Assembly (NCBI RefSeq): GCF_001194135.2
Contig: NC_068991.1
Coordinates: 66,093,621 to 66,157,620, forward strand
Direction: 5' to 3'
DNA: 64,000 bases
Source: Octopus bimaculoides
Lineage: Eukaryota
Under the pieces are notes generated by a model. That model was not told the origin of the DNA and made no database searches. It worked only from the letters and a program-made list of their open reading frames with translations. Both the position numbers and the translations under genes were made by a program. Shown piece after piece: positions 1 through 13,362 of this stretch (position 1 is its first letter; each line of letters begins with the position of its first letter).

Positions 1-100
1 CTCAAATGGTACTTCATTTACCCACAAGATATGAAAGACATAAAAAATGAAAATTTAAATTAAATTAAGACAGAGAAAGAAAAACAGTGAAAGCATATAC

Positions 101-189
101 CAACTTTCTTTTCTCGTCATCAGGAAACCTTCTGATGGGTCCAAACTGCTCATCAAAGTATATCTGATGCAAACATTGTTCTTCATTCA
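101..189 (-). CDS. CLASRP: CLASRP coding exon (4th in window), 89 nt, (L)NEEQCLHQIYFDEQFGPIRRFPDDEKRKL
   Basis: Minus strand: acceptor tgttatcttttag, donor gtatat. Enters in phase 1, matching exon 1737-1819. Peptide resembles human CLASRP ISEEQCLYQIYIDELYG...SEDEKKKL (recalled, not searched). Confidence 0.93.
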
Positions 190-1736
190 CTAAAAGATAA
201 CACAAACAGATTATTGATATACAAGCTACTCATTCTTGTCACCATCAACATTGTCTTCAATCACTTCAAGTTTAGGATCAATACATCACGTATTGATAAT
301 ATATTGGCCCTTCCTTTATTCAGTTATGCTCCACCACCACAGAACTTTGGTTTTGTGCCAACACAAGATACCATCATTGTTGTTTAATGTTTGAATTACT
401 TTTGATAATTAAATGGTACCATATTGGCATGAGGCCACATGCATTCATAAGACTGGATTATAGTTTATTAAATCAGCCTCAATACATGCTTGGCACTCAT
501 TTCATTGGTTTGGAGGGATGAAGGGGAAAAGTTAATCCAGGATAGACACAAGCATGGCTGCGTGATTAAGACGTACAGTTCACAACCACATGGTTTTGGA
601 TCTGTTCTCATTGCATGACATCTTGGAGAAAGTGCCTTCTACTACAGCCTCGGGCTGACCATTGTTTTGTAAGCTTTGGTAAGAGAAAACGGCACAGAAT
701 TCTGTTGTACGAGTGTAAATGTACACAAGCAAGTGAGTTCATATTGGCATTGTTCAAACTAAAACGATATTGTTTGTGCTACACATAAACAGTATTTCAG
801 CAGCTTGGTGGTTCAACCTACGAAGACCAGGGCCATAAGCACTTTATATGGAAATAGATAAGAGATGGTGTCAGGAAGTATATCCAACTCATCTAACCCA
901 TGCCACCATAAAAAGCAGACGTAAAACTTTTCTTTCCTCTTTTTTTTTTTTAATGCATGACAAGCATTACTGAGTTTCTAGTCTGTAGTGGAATGTGAAA
1001 TTGAAATATAGGAGCAATAAATCTGGGGGCTTCGTATGCATTTAAGGAGCAGTAATTTCTTTTATCTTTTTTTTTTACTCGTTTCAGTCATTGGACTGCA
1101 GCCATGCTGGGGCACCTACTTGAAGGGTTTAGTTAGCATTTATTTTTAAGTCTGGCACTTAGTCCATCGGTATCTTTTGTCAAAGCACTAAGTTATGGGG
1201 ATGTAAACAAACCAACATCAGTTGTAGAAAGAGCAAGCACAGATACAAGCATGTGTGTGCACGTGCACACATCACATGCTTCCACACAGTTTGTCTACCA
1301 AATTCATTTAGAAGGCATTGGTTGACCTAGGGCTATAGTGGAAGACACTTGCCCAAGATGCCAAGCAGTGGTACTGAACTGAAAAACTACATGGTCACAA
1401 AGCTTCTTAACCACACAGCTATGCTTGTGTATATCTTTAAGGGCCATGGCTCAATTTTATAATCCCAAAATATTACTGGTACATATTTTACCAGTGAAGG
1501 TAGAATAAAATCTGAAGCCAACACTGGCAAGATTCCCAATAGGCTTTTGCATAAGAGCAAAAACCATTACATCACAAAATACCAAGTCTAGGCTTCTATT
1601 TTTCTACCAGCTGAATGATTACAAAAAAAAAAAAAAAAGAAGAGAAAGAGAGAGAGACAGAGACATAAGAAGTAGACAAAATATGTCTAATTTTTTTTTC
1701 TTCTGGATCAATAAAAAAACAACCTATTCTACTTAC

Positions 1737-1819
1737 AACCAGCACATTCATTTTCTACCAAAGTTCTGTATCTTTCATAAGAACATTTCCTTTCTTCTTC
1801 CTCTTCCTCTTTAGTCATC
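1737..1819 (-). CDS. CLASRP: CLASRP coding exon (3rd), 83 nt, (P)MTKEEEEEERKCSYERYRTLVENECAG(L)
   Basis: Acceptor cattttcttttatttag, donor gtaagt. Phase 2 in, phase 1 out. Contains ERKCxYERY of the DRY_EERY domain. Confidence 0.95.
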
Positions 1820-2769
1820 CTAAATAAAAGAAAATGAATAGTAAGCAAAGCAATGTGTAGATAGATGTGTGGTAGAAAGGATGGGCAGGTTTTTTTTTTC
1901 TTCTTCCAGTCATGTTTGATTGGAAATATAACTGATCATGAGTTTGTGTGTGTGTTTATTTCATTTACTTTTTCTCTCTTTAATTATCATTATTTGTTTT
2001 TCTCTTTTAATCATTATTATTATTATTATTATTCATTTTTGTTATTTCCAGAAGTTTATTTTGCCACTTCTATTCAAAACCAATGTTTCAAAGTCACAGG
2101 ATCTCTTAACAATCATTTAAGATTTACCATGACAGATGTTACACTGCCTATTTCTATTATAAATAATTGTCTCTAACATAGGAGGAGGAGAGGTTAGTCA
2201 ATTCAATCAACTCCTGCTCTCAATTTCATCAAAAAAAAAAAAAAACGGATGAAAGGCTAAGTTAACCTTGGTGGAATCTGAACTCAAAACAAAGGTCCAG
2301 AACAAACACAGCCAATTATTGTGTCCAATGCTTTAATGACTCTGCCAGTCCATCATATAGCAATTGATGGAATGGCACCATTGTATATTATCAGATCTAT
2401 GAATTTTTCAAAATCATTTAATTTTCACTTGTTTCAGTCATTGGACAGTAGCTATGCTGGGGGTACTGCCATGACGGGTTTTAATTGAACAAATCAAAGC
2501 CGATATTTATTTATTTTTTTAAAAGTCTAGTACTTATTCTATTGGTATCTTTTACCGAATTGCAAAGTTATAGCGATGTAAACAAACCAACACCAGATGT
2601 CAGATGATGGGGACACCACACACGTGACAGGTTTCCACACAGTTTCTGTCAACTAAAGTCACTCATAAGGCATTGGTCAGCCTAGTTGTAGAGGACACTT
2701 GCCCTAGATGTTGCACAATGGGACTAATTCCCAAACCATGTGACTGTGAAGCAAGTCAACACACAGAAA

Positions 2770-3850
2770 AATAAGCAGGGAGATCCCAAGTGGGCTGATG
2801 TTCTAGAGAGGTTAGTGCAGGGTTGGTGGCAGGGAATAAGGGTTAGGAGTGTTTGAAAGTAGGAAGTACAAAATTCAGCCAGTTCTGAGGAATAGAGACA
2901 TTCATAGTAGTGAAAGAAAAGGACAGCATGCTTGTGGACCAGATGCTAGATGGAAACTAGGATGCCAGCATGCATAGCAGTAATTCAAATGCAGGAGCAG
3001 TGCTTGTTGAGTCTTGTTGAGAACCAGCAACTGTTGGGGAGAGAAATGCAATTTTTATGTAGTATCTCAGGGACAACAATAGTGTGGTGGCTTATGTTCC
3101 TTGATGACCCTGGGAACTGTGCAAGTTCCTGGTAAGGTCTTCCATACTGGACAGGCTAAAGGAGAGAGGTCAGATTAATACGGTCAGACTCTTCCAAGAA
3201 GTAAAAATGGTTTTGCAGAAGGCTGATACACCTATCTATGAAAAGGCAAAGTTACAAGTTACTGAAGTATCAATGACAATTCAAAACCAACAAGAGTGGG
3301 AGAAGGCTAATTTGAAGAACATTTGGGCTTCCAGAGATATTACAACCCAAAATTGAGATCAGTGGAGAGATGTCATGAATGGCCTTGGCTTCATAGGGAG
3401 CAAAAAAGCTTTAAGTAACTTAATATGTGTCACATATGATTGGCAGTGTGTGCTGGGTGTTTTTGAAGCAAGTCAGAAAATTCAGAAAACCTGAATGGTG
3501 AGTTTAGAATCAACTGCTGTTGAAATTGGTGAAATGTTTTTGTTAGTGAATTAATTGTTCATGGCTTTTATCTATTCCTAAAATAACTGTGACTGTCTTA
3601 ATTTGGCCTCGATCATCAGCAATCATGTGAACTCAATTCACGTAACTCAAATCAGTTAGAAATTAAGACAGCTTTTATTAATTTTGTATCTCAAGGGGAT
3701 CGTTATGCCAGTAATAAACACATGCACTTGTTCTATTTCACTTCTTTAATTTTATTTCTAAGTTGCTTAACCAATTAACTAATGAATCAGCTAGTTTGTC
3801 AAAGGCCTTTTTGGTACCATTCAAGATCTCATCAATGACATGTCCTCTTT
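2770..3850 (-). mobile_element. Highly degenerate non-LTR retrotransposon RT fossil (CR1/L2/Jockey-like)
   Basis: Minus-strand motif remnants in RT order: KAFDK (~3800), ADD-like (~3615), ASKTQ-like (~3460), and a C-terminal tract resembling YYxxxxSSELA (~2890). Many stops and frameshifts. Confidence 0.5.
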
Positions 3851-4328
3851 ACACCAAGTCTAGAATGAAACACAACCAGTATCTCTGTGCGTTATATTAT
3901 TGGGTATAAATAACTCTTCCCACAAACAACAAGACCTATTTCAACATATGAGTTCGTATCAAGAATCTTGCAAACCAAATACAAAAACGAAAAATTCAAA
4001 GCTTTTAGTAAACAACTGAGAAAGAGAAGGTGGAAGCAATCATTAGAGATTCTAGATATAAAACATCAGTCAACAAAGTGAAACTGAAATTTATTTTTTC
4101 TGCATAACATTGTTTATTTATGAAATAGGAAGTTCAGCGAAATATTGAAGTCTGGTAAGCAGCAATTCGTAACAAAATATAACTGAATGACACTTGATAT
4201 CAGAGAATGATAACTGTAAAATTTGAATTTGTGTAAAATGCATTTGATCTCTTTTTTTCTTTCTTTCTTTTTTCAACTTTACAAACTGAAACACAATAAT
4301 TACAAAGGATAATAATGTCTAATGCAGC

Positions 4329-4746
4329 ACCCTTTGGCACTCAGATTACTCTGTCGACTGTAATACTTATGCAATTTTTATTTAATCTTACATTATCTAT
4401 TAGCTTTGAGATGTTGATGATGTAATTGTTTATTTCTAGAATAACATTGTAGAGCAGGTGTGAGAGGCTGGATCTGGCTGGTTTAAACACAAAACAGAAT
4501 ATGTGGCCTGCATATGGCTAGTTTAACAGTTTAGCATTTGTACCAGCCATATCCGACCCAAATATTTCGCCTGTTTTATGCTCAAATCAGCCGGATCTGG
4601 TCTTTCACACCTACCATATGATGTCATTCCAAAAACAATTACATCATTTAAATCCCAAAGCTACGAGATAATGCAAGACTAATTTAAAACAATGTGAATG
4701 AATAAGCATTACATTTCAAAGAATAATCTGAATGCCAATGGGTTAA
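4329..4746. mobile_element. Two TTAA-type MITE copies joined tail-to-tail
   Basis: Forward copy ~4329-4526 and reverse copy ~4530-4746 of the ~220-bp ttaaccctttagcatt...aatgctaaagggttaa family. Confidence 0.7.
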
Positions 4747-6429
4747 ATGCCAGAAGGATAATGGTTGGTGTGAAATATTTGTTTCTTTCACTGATTCACT
4801 GACCTTCCCATACAGTTTGTTTCACTTCTGGTGTCGTACAATTATATGTTCATACATCATAAAGATTACCTACATATTTTAGATATAATTTCTTTTTTCA
4901 TTCCTTTACTCTCCATGACCCAAATAGGCTTGCCAAGTAAGCACCCACAACACTCTCGGAGTGGTTGGCGTTAGGAAGGGCATCCAGCTGTAGAAACTCT
5001 GAAAATCAGATTGGAGCCTGGTGTAGCCATCTGGTTCAACAGTCCTCAGTCAAATCGTCCAACCCATGCTAGCATGGAAAGCGGACGTTAAACGATGATG
5101 ATGATGATGATGAGAATGTGTCTGTCTGTCTGTATATGTGCATCACTAAAACTCGAGAACCACCCAACCAATTTCATTCAAATTTTATACATACACTACT
5201 TAGGGTCCATGGGGTGACATGGGCCAAAACATTTTCAACTTCTTGCCTAATATGAGCCCAGAGCAATCTCTTAGACTGTTCCGGTATTACATGTCAAAAG
5301 TGAAACAATAACATCTCTATTGTAATGTGAGATAATAGTTTCAGTTTTAATAGTTTCATTATGTATATAATATATACATAGTGCAACTATTGAAAGTGAA
5401 GTTATTATCTGACATTACACACACACACACATATATATATGTATGTATGTATNNNNNNNNNNTTAACGTCCGCTTTCCATGCTAGCATGGGTTGGACGAT
5501 TCGGCTGGGGACTGGCGAACCAGATGGTGACACCAAACTCCAATCTGATCTGGCAGAGTTTCTATAGCTGGATGCCCTTCCTAACGCCAACCACTGGGAG
5601 TGTAGTGGGTGCCACACAGTGAGACTGAGCCCAAAACGATGTGGTTGGGAAGCAAATTGCTTAACTATATAGCCATGTCTACTTAATATACTTTGGTTGT
5701 AGTCTCCAATTGAGTGTATGTAAAAGAAATGGAATGGAGAGTTGTCTTTGCCAACAGTTGATGTAAGGTAAAATCTCAAACCATCCACAAGACAATCTCT
5801 GGTAAAAAGTCAAAACTCAGGCATCTTCTAGAAAGTTCTATATATTTCTTTTGTGCATAAATCTAATGGACAGTGCTAGGTCTTTGATATTTGATGACTG
5901 CGTCTTACAATTGAGACAAAATATCATTGTATAAAATGTCAATAAGCCTAATTACTTGTTTGTCATATGCAGCTAGTGCTTGCAATTATTTTATTACCAA
6001 ATATGGAGTTGCAGGCTAAACGATGCCCCATCTGCATATAGGCATTTGGGTGGGGTCAGTTCCCATGAGATTTGATGTGCTACAAGTCCCAAGTGATAGA
6101 CAGCGTCCAACATTAATTTTTTTTTTTCTTTTTTCTTCCTACTTGGATGACTCAACTGAAATAATTGAAAAAGTTCAGCTCTTGTCCTTCAGTACGTTTG
6201 TATGTAATAGAGACTTCATTGTTTTAATACTTACTTTTCCATGTTTGCATGGGTCAGACAGAATTTATTGAGACAGATTTTCTATGGCTGCATGCTCTTA
6301 CTGTCGCCAACCCTTATCCATTTCCAAGCAAGATAATATCTCCCCCATGGCCAGATATGTTTTCACAGAACATCAGAAATGAAGGACATTCATTTACAAT
6401 AATCACATAATGTCAAGACAAGGAAACAA

Positions 6430-7440
6430 GTATTTCTGCATTTCTGCACCTAGGCACGGAACAATTTTTACTTTGTAAGTTTCTCCCAGACACAACAAAA
6501 GTAAAGATATTTTGCTGGTGTTAAGTGATTTCTCTTTTCATGAATTGTCTTGGAAAGCATGCATCAGCTTTTGGACATATAGTGGTACTTCTCTGATGGA
6601 AAGGTGAAGAAGAACCTTGTAACTGCTTCCCCAAAGAAGCCCTCATGTCAAAATCATTAACCCCATGAACTTTAAAAAAAAATACCACACAATGCTGACA
6701 GAATGATTAATTACATGAAGAGGAAGTCATTAAAATTAAGGCTGTTTTCTTCACTCAGTTCTTCCAAGGTAGCTGCTCACTCACAATTTCTATAATACAT
6801 GGAAGCAAGATGGTTATTTCATGAGGAAGTGGCTGACTCGCTTAGGGATTAGATATGCTGTAATAAATTTGCAGTCTTTGCCGATATTTTCTAAGCATTG
6901 AAAGCACTTCACAAGAATATGTAAATTAAAGAAAAAAATTATTCTTGCACCTTAGCTCTTAAGGGAGGAAGCAGGAGACTAAAATTGCAGAGAGCCAAAA
7001 CATAAAGAGAGAACAAAGTTGAAATACTCGAACTGATTAAGTCTTGCAAACCGAAGGATAATCTTGTGGAATTAATTCTGTTTAAGCTTGTCACTGGCAA
7101 ATAAGAACATTGAAAAGTATTTTCCTTTACTTAATTTATCTTCCTCAGATAAAATGAGAGATACATTTATATGAAATGTTTGGGAATCAAAAGCTGAGTT
7201 AGAGAAAACCAACTTCAAATGACAAAGGACTAAAACTACAGCATTGATCAATTTGTTTAAGGTTATGTCACCAACAGGAATACTTAATAATCAACACGCA
7301 AGTACTCAAAGCACTCCTTCCTTTTTCAACTTCATGAGTACAAAAAATATAGGCCATGGCTTCAAACACAAAGCAATAACTAAAGGTTGTTTCCCAACCA
7401 TCCAATCTTGTACTACAGACATCATATGACACCAACAGTT
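6430..7440 (+). mobile_element. Degenerate hAT (Charlie/Buster-like) transposase fossil
   Basis: Ordered motif remnants: YMEARWL (cf. HTEVRWLS) ~6800, FADIF (cf. YLADIF) ~6880, KALLPFSTS (cf. LLPFxTTY) ~7310. Confidence 0.6.
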
Positions 7441-8077
7441 ACAAGTTTCCTATTAATATTAGAAGTAGTTTAAGGTGGTGAGCTGGCATAATCATTAGCA
7501 CATTGGCCAAAATGCTTATTGACATTTTATCCATCTTTACATTCTAGGTTCAAATGCCACAGGGGCTGGCTTTGCTTTCATCCTTTCGGGGTCAATAAAA
7601 TAAGTACCAGTCGAGCATTGAGGTCAATTTAATTGACTTAGTCCCTTCCCTGAAATTGCTGGCCTTGCGCCAAAATTTGAAATCAATATCAGACGTAGCT
7701 TTTAGAAAATAGTATGTGAGTAGATTTGGCAGATGGAAACTGAAAGAAGCCTGTTATAGTGTATGCCCTCATCAAGGCATCACATGATGATTGTAAATGA
7801 GCATTATTGTCATGAAAGCCAAGTTGTTCATTTCCAGTCTTCCGTGAAAACATATCTAACAATGGGGAAATAACAAGCAAATGTTGGTGACAGGAAGAGC
7901 ATCTGGCCATAGAAAATCTGCTTCAACAAAATTCATCTAACCCATGCAAGCAGGGAAAAGTGGATGTTAGATGATGACAATGTAACTGCTTTGTTTAAAT
8001 GATTTGTTATAAATGATTTATATATTTATATAACTGCTTTGTTATAAATATTTATATATATATATATATATATATAT

Positions 8078-8909
8078 NNNNNNNNNNNNNNNNNNNNNNN
8101 NNNNNNNNNNNNNNNNNNNNNNNNNNNNNNNNNNNNNNNNNNNNNNNNNNNNNNNNNNNNNNNNNNNNNNNNNNNNNNNNNNNNNNNNNNNNNNNNNNNN
8201 NNNNNNNNNNNNNNNNNNNNNNNNNNNNNNNNNNNNNNNNNNNNNNNNNNNNNNNNNNNNNNNNNNNNNNNNNNNNNNNNNNNNNNNNNNNNNNNNNNNN
8301 NNNNNNNNNNNNNNNNNNNNNNNNNNNNNNNNNNNNNNNNNNNNNNNNNNNNNNNNNNNNNNNNNNNNNNNNNNNNNNNNNNNNNNNNNNNNNNNNNNNN
8401 NNNNNNNNNNNNNNNNNNNNNNNNNNNNNNNNNNNNNNNNNNNNNNNNNNNNNNNNNNNNNNNNNNNNNNNNNNNNNNNNNNNNNNNNNNNNNNNNNNNN
8501 NNNNNNNNNNNNNNNNNNNNNNNNNNNNNNNNNNNNNNNNNNNNNNNNNNNNNNNNNNNNNNNNNNNNNNNNNNNNNNNNNNNNNNNNNNNNNNNNNNNN
8601 NNNNNNNNNNNNNNNNNNNNNNNNNNNNNNNNNNNNNNNNNNNNNNNNNNNNNNNNNNNNNNNNNNNNNNNNNNNNNNNNNNNNNNNNNNNNNNNNNNNN
8701 NNNNNNNNNNNNNNNNNNNNNNNNNNNNNNNNNNNNNNNNNNNNNNNNNNNNNNNNNNNNNNNNNNNNNNNNNNNNNNNNNNNNNNNNNNNNNNNNNNNN
8801 NNNNNNNNNNNNNNNNNNNNNNNNNNNNNNNNNNNNNNNNNNNNNNNNNNNNNNNNNNNNNNNNNNNNNNNNNNNNNNNNNNNNNNNNNNNNNNNNNNNN
8901 NNNNNNNNN
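8078..8909. other. Assembly gap (N run)
   Basis: Other gaps: 5453-5462, 11079-11832, 12912-13143, 18202-18428, 32978-32987, 41372-41381, 44099-44417, 54756-54765. Confidence 1.
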
Positions 8910-8961
<52 letters not shown>

Positions 8962-9465
8962 TAGAAAATGATTAGAATTTTAGTTATTGTATTTTTAATC
9001 CTAAAGAATGCACCCGGTGCACTACACCTACACCAATATTGCTGAAAAAGGTTTGCATTTCACTTCTACATCTGTTTTATGCAGTTTGTGAGTGCAATCA
9101 AAATTTACACTGGTGCAAGTTGCACATTATCATTTTCTAATGTTCTGCATACACACCCACTTTTATTTCACAATGAGTTTAATACTGTGTGTGTGTTTGA
9201 GTGTGTGTTTGAGTGTGCACGTGTTTGTATGCATGCGTGTGATAAATTTTTTTAGAAGCTAATAGCATGTAATAACACTTTTAGTACCTTACAATGTGTC
9301 TGTGGATTGAAAAAGGTTGAAAATTGCAGTGACATAATAAAGATTTGACAGAAACTCGACTCCTATATGACAGATCAAATGACTATGTAAAGACCTGCCA
9401 AGTTGACTAATGTTTCTTCTGTTAATAGTTGTCTGATTAAACAATACACTCTAACGCCACCTTAC

Positions 9466-9553
9466 TGCAAATGTATAGTCACTCAAGTGGAACACGTATT
9501 GCCACTGTGACATAGCTAACAGGTTTTGCGAACCTACAGCTTCTAGGTTTACA
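9466..9553 (-). other. Candidate 88-nt frameshifting (poison) cassette exon in CLASRP intron
   Basis: Acceptor aataacatttacgttttcag, donor GCA|gtaagg, in non-repetitive sequence. Open in the incoming CLASRP frame. Inclusion puts a TAA at 1813-1811 in the next exon. Confidence 0.45.
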
Positions 9554-10689
9554 CTGAAAACGTAAATGTTATTTCACACATTCATCTCATTATTACAATT
9601 CCAATCTGAGCTCTGTATTTATCCATGTAAAATACGCAGTTTGTTTTTCAGCTATTTACATATAAATATTAGGGGTGCGCATAACACACAAGAATCAAAT
9701 GTTAATCTTTTTGCAGTCTAGTGTGTTGGCATATTCAGAACGGCATTTCTGAAAGTTAGTTGTAGTTTTGTTTGTTTTTTATTATTTAAAAAAATATTTT
9801 TTATTTTTTAACAATTTTGCTCCAAACTAAGCTTGACGCTACAGTAGTGTAAGGGACTACAAAGAAGGGGGAAAAAAAGGAGCCTACAAATTCTGAAGAT
9901 GTCCATTGACAAAACGCTTATAGGGCTGAATATCACAAATCAGACAATGGCTGTGATTTCCAGAGCACAACACCTCAAGAGAGGAAAGAAGCTATCAGAA
10001 TAAAAACTTATGACTAACAGGAAACTCAACAGGAAAATGATGTGCCTGAGAAGAGACGTACAGGACATATTTTGATAGAGGGTAGTAGACCAGAAAGTTT
10101 ATCAGCTAAGTCAGCATAATTAAAGAGTTAAAAAATACTATAACAATGCTACTTTTAAATGATAATTATAAAATATTAAATATTCAGTACAACAGGCATA
10201 TGTGTACCCTTTAAAATGACTGCCACCAACTTTAATATGCGATGCCAAAATTTAATATTTTTATTATTGAAAAACGCAAATAGTTTGGTAATCTGAACAT
10301 GAACATAAATACTTCTGTTCTTTAAAAACTTTAATTGGAAAATAAATGTTTCCATCATTAGAAACACTATTTTATTTAATGCGGAGATCAAATTAATAAA
10401 CAATTGATAAAGATAATAGATAAATGCTGTCATCCTCAAAATGTAAACATAAACTGAAAGAAACTGTAATTATTATAATGAACTGTCGATAACAGTTGAA
10501 AGAATGAAAGTATTTAAATGGAAATACATCATCATCATCGTTTAACGTCCGCTTTCCATGCTAGCATGGGTTGGACGATTTGACTGAGGACTGGTGAAAC
10601 CGGATGGCAACACCAGGCTCCAATCTAATTTGGCAGAGTTTCTACAGCTGGATGCCCTTCCTAACGCCAACCACTCGAGTGTTTATATT

Positions 10690-11078
10690 CTGCACGACCA
10701 ACAATGGACCACCACAGGATCCAGTCTTTGTTGCAGTGTAGTGGCTCTTGTGCTGCAATGTTTGAGCACTATCCAGCAGAGCATGAGTTCCAAGTGGAGG
10801 CCCTCTCATGTTTGAAAGGTCAAAGAATTGTGGACAAATAAGGAATACTTTTTTCTTTTTCATAAGTAAAAAAAAAAAACAAGCTTACATAGGGTTAACA
10901 TGTCTACTAAGGGGGGGGTAACCCTCCAAAAAATCAATGACAGTTCAAATCCAACAAGGCCTTCCCTCAGGGACAAAGCGCAGCAAAATCTGAAAGGAAG
11001 CTGCAAGGTTGAATCTCCTTCTGACCACCAGGAGACAGCGCAGAGTCAAGAACAGTGGAGAAAAGTTGTAACTGGCCT
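10690..11078 (+). mobile_element. LINE ORF2 C-terminal remnant (RTE-like), cut by a gap
   Basis: Translation ends PTRPSLRD...ETAQSQEQWRKVVTG, resembling the GRP...AQDRxxWRxxV tail of RTE-class ORF2. Confidence 0.4.
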
Positions 11079-12316
11079 NNNNNNNNNNNNNNNNNNNNNN
11101 NNNNNNNNNNNNNNNNNNNNNNNNNNNNNNNNNNNNNNNNNNNNNNNNNNNNNNNNNNNNNNNNNNNNNNNNNNNNNNNNNNNNNNNNNNNNNNNNNNNN
11201 NNNNNNNNNNNNNNNNNNNNNNNNNNNNNNNNNNNNNNNNNNNNNNNNNNNNNNNNNNNNNNNNNNNNNNNNNNNNNNNNNNNNNNNNNNNNNNNNNNNN
11301 NNNNNNNNNNNNNNNNNNNNNNNNNNNNNNNNNNNNNNNNNNNNNNNNNNNNNNNNNNNNNNNNNNNNNNNNNNNNNNNNNNNNNNNNNNNNNNNNNNNN
11401 NNNNNNNNNNNNNNNNNNNNNNNNNNNNNNNNNNNNNNNNNNNNNNNNNNNNNNNNNNNNNNNNNNNNNNNNNNNNNNNNNNNNNNNNNNNNNNNNNNNN
11501 NNNNNNNNNNNNNNNNNNNNNNNNNNNNNNNNNNNNNNNNNNNNNNNNNNNNNNNNNNNNNNNNNNNNNNNNNNNNNNNNNNNNNNNNNNNNNNNNNNNN
11601 NNNNNNNNNNNNNNNNNNNNNNNNNNNNNNNNNNNNNNNNNNNNNNNNNNNNNNNNNNNNNNNNNNNNNNNNNNNNNNNNNNNNNNNNNNNNNNNNNNNN
11701 NNNNNNNNNNNNNNNNNNNNNNNNNNNNNNNNNNNNNNNNNNNNNNNNNNNNNNNNNNNNNNNNNNNNNNNNNNNNNNNNNNNNNNNNNNNNNNNNNNNN
11801 NNNNNNNNNNNNNNNNNNNNNNNNNNNNNNNNATATATATATATATTTTTAGGTATTGTTCCTTCACCATCACTTGACAACTGATGTTGGTGTGTTATGT
11901 CCCTGTAACTTAGCAGTTCTGCAAAAGAGGCTGATAGAATAAGTACTAGGCTTACAAAGAATAAGTCCAGGGGTCAATTTCTTTTACTAAAACCCTTTAA
12001 CATGGTGCTCTAGCATGGCTGCAGTCAAATGACTGAAACATGTAAAAGAGTAAAATATATATATATATACATACAATGGGCCCCTTTCAATTTCTGTCAG
12101 CCAGATCTGCTCACAAGGCTTTGGTTGGCCCAGGGCTTTAGTAGATGACACTTGTCCGAGGTGCAACTTAGTGGGACTGAACCCAGAACCATATGGTTGA
12201 GAAGCAAGCTTCTTACCATACAGCCACACCTGCACTTAGTGCATAAAAAAAAAAAATGAGAAAGAAAGAGAAAGAAGTCAAATAGACTATATATATGTAT
12301 TGATTGAATTACTTAC

Positions 12317-12415
12317 GGTAGGGGAGGAGCTGACTTGTATTCAGGGATGAAATCAAGATGAGCTCGAACATCAAAACGATCAATCATGTTGTCCGTCTGA
12401 CCTTGCCATGGCATC
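12317..12415 (-). CDS. CLASRP: CLASRP coding exon (2nd), 99 nt, (M)MPWQGQTDNMIDRFDVRAHLDFIPEYKSAPPL(P)
   Basis: Acceptor tttatttcattttag, donor gtaagt. Phase 2 in and out. MPWQG..NMIDRFDVRAHLD is the SWAP/CLASRP hallmark. Confidence 0.96.
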
Positions 12416-13143
12416 CTAAAATGAAATAAACAATCTCTGGTAAGACAATATAGAAGACATTCAACCTTTTCTGCTGTATCTAATACTCAGAAAGTCAATT
12501 CATTACATTTTTATTGTTGTATCTGTTGAAGGTTTCACAAATGATTTTTGAATAAGGTATCATGCCATTACTATAAAGCATAAAGTATCCTTTGTGATTC
12601 AAAATGGTTAGAGGAAGATTTGACTGCTTTTTTTTCTTTTTTTTTTTTTAGGGGATTGAGCAAATGGTATAGAAGCTCTAGATAAAATAATGATGATAAC
12701 GTATTGCATTAAAAAGTTCATTAGAAATAGATTAGAAAATGAGGAACAAACAATATTAAAGAATAAACAGTAAAATAATCAATTGGACCATCCATTTTAC
12801 TTCTTTGAGATAGGATGAGATTAAAACACAGTAAACAATGTAGAGTCATCTTTGACTCTTTTAATATCATATTTTTGTTGAAATATGCAACATTTGTTTC
12901 ATTTAAATTCGNNNNNNNNNNNNNNNNNNNNNNNNNNNNNNNNNNNNNNNNNNNNNNNNNNNNNNNNNNNNNNNNNNNNNNNNNNNNNNNNNNNNNNNNN
13001 NNNNNNNNNNNNNNNNNNNNNNNNNNNNNNNNNNNNNNNNNNNNNNNNNNNNNNNNNNNNNNNNNNNNNNNNNNNNNNNNNNNNNNNNNNNNNNNNNNNN
13101 NNNNNNNNNNNNNNNNNNNNNNNNNNNNNNNNNNNNNNNNNNN

Positions 13144-13362
13144 AAAAGACACCATTTCGAGCGTAGCCGTTTTCGTGCGGGTGACACGTAAAAGCACCCA
13201 CTACACTCTCTGAGTGGTTGGCGTTAGGAAGGGCATCCAGCTGTAGAAACTCTGCCAAATCAGACTGGAGCCTGGTGTTGCCATCCGGTTTCACCAGTCC
13301 TCAGTCAAATCGTCCAACCCATGCTAGCATGGAAAGCGGACGTTAAACGATGATGATGATGA
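13144..13362 (+). mobile_element. Young RTE 3'-end copy with (GAT)n tail
   Basis: Near-identical to 17030-17262. Other copies (approx.): 4945-5112+, 5463-5610-, 10528-10680-, 15196-15362+, 24410-24590-, 31097-31275-, 38655-38845+, 61803-61915-. Confidence 0.85.

Noticed and set aside
4795-4875. Exon-like stretch with GAAG|gtcagt donor
   Set aside because: All three frames from the available acceptor hit stops.
10900-11880. Long ORFs of 265-325 aa (likewise 12721-13294, 18102-18504, 44043-44496)
   Set aside because: They run through N gaps; the X residues are assembly artefacts.
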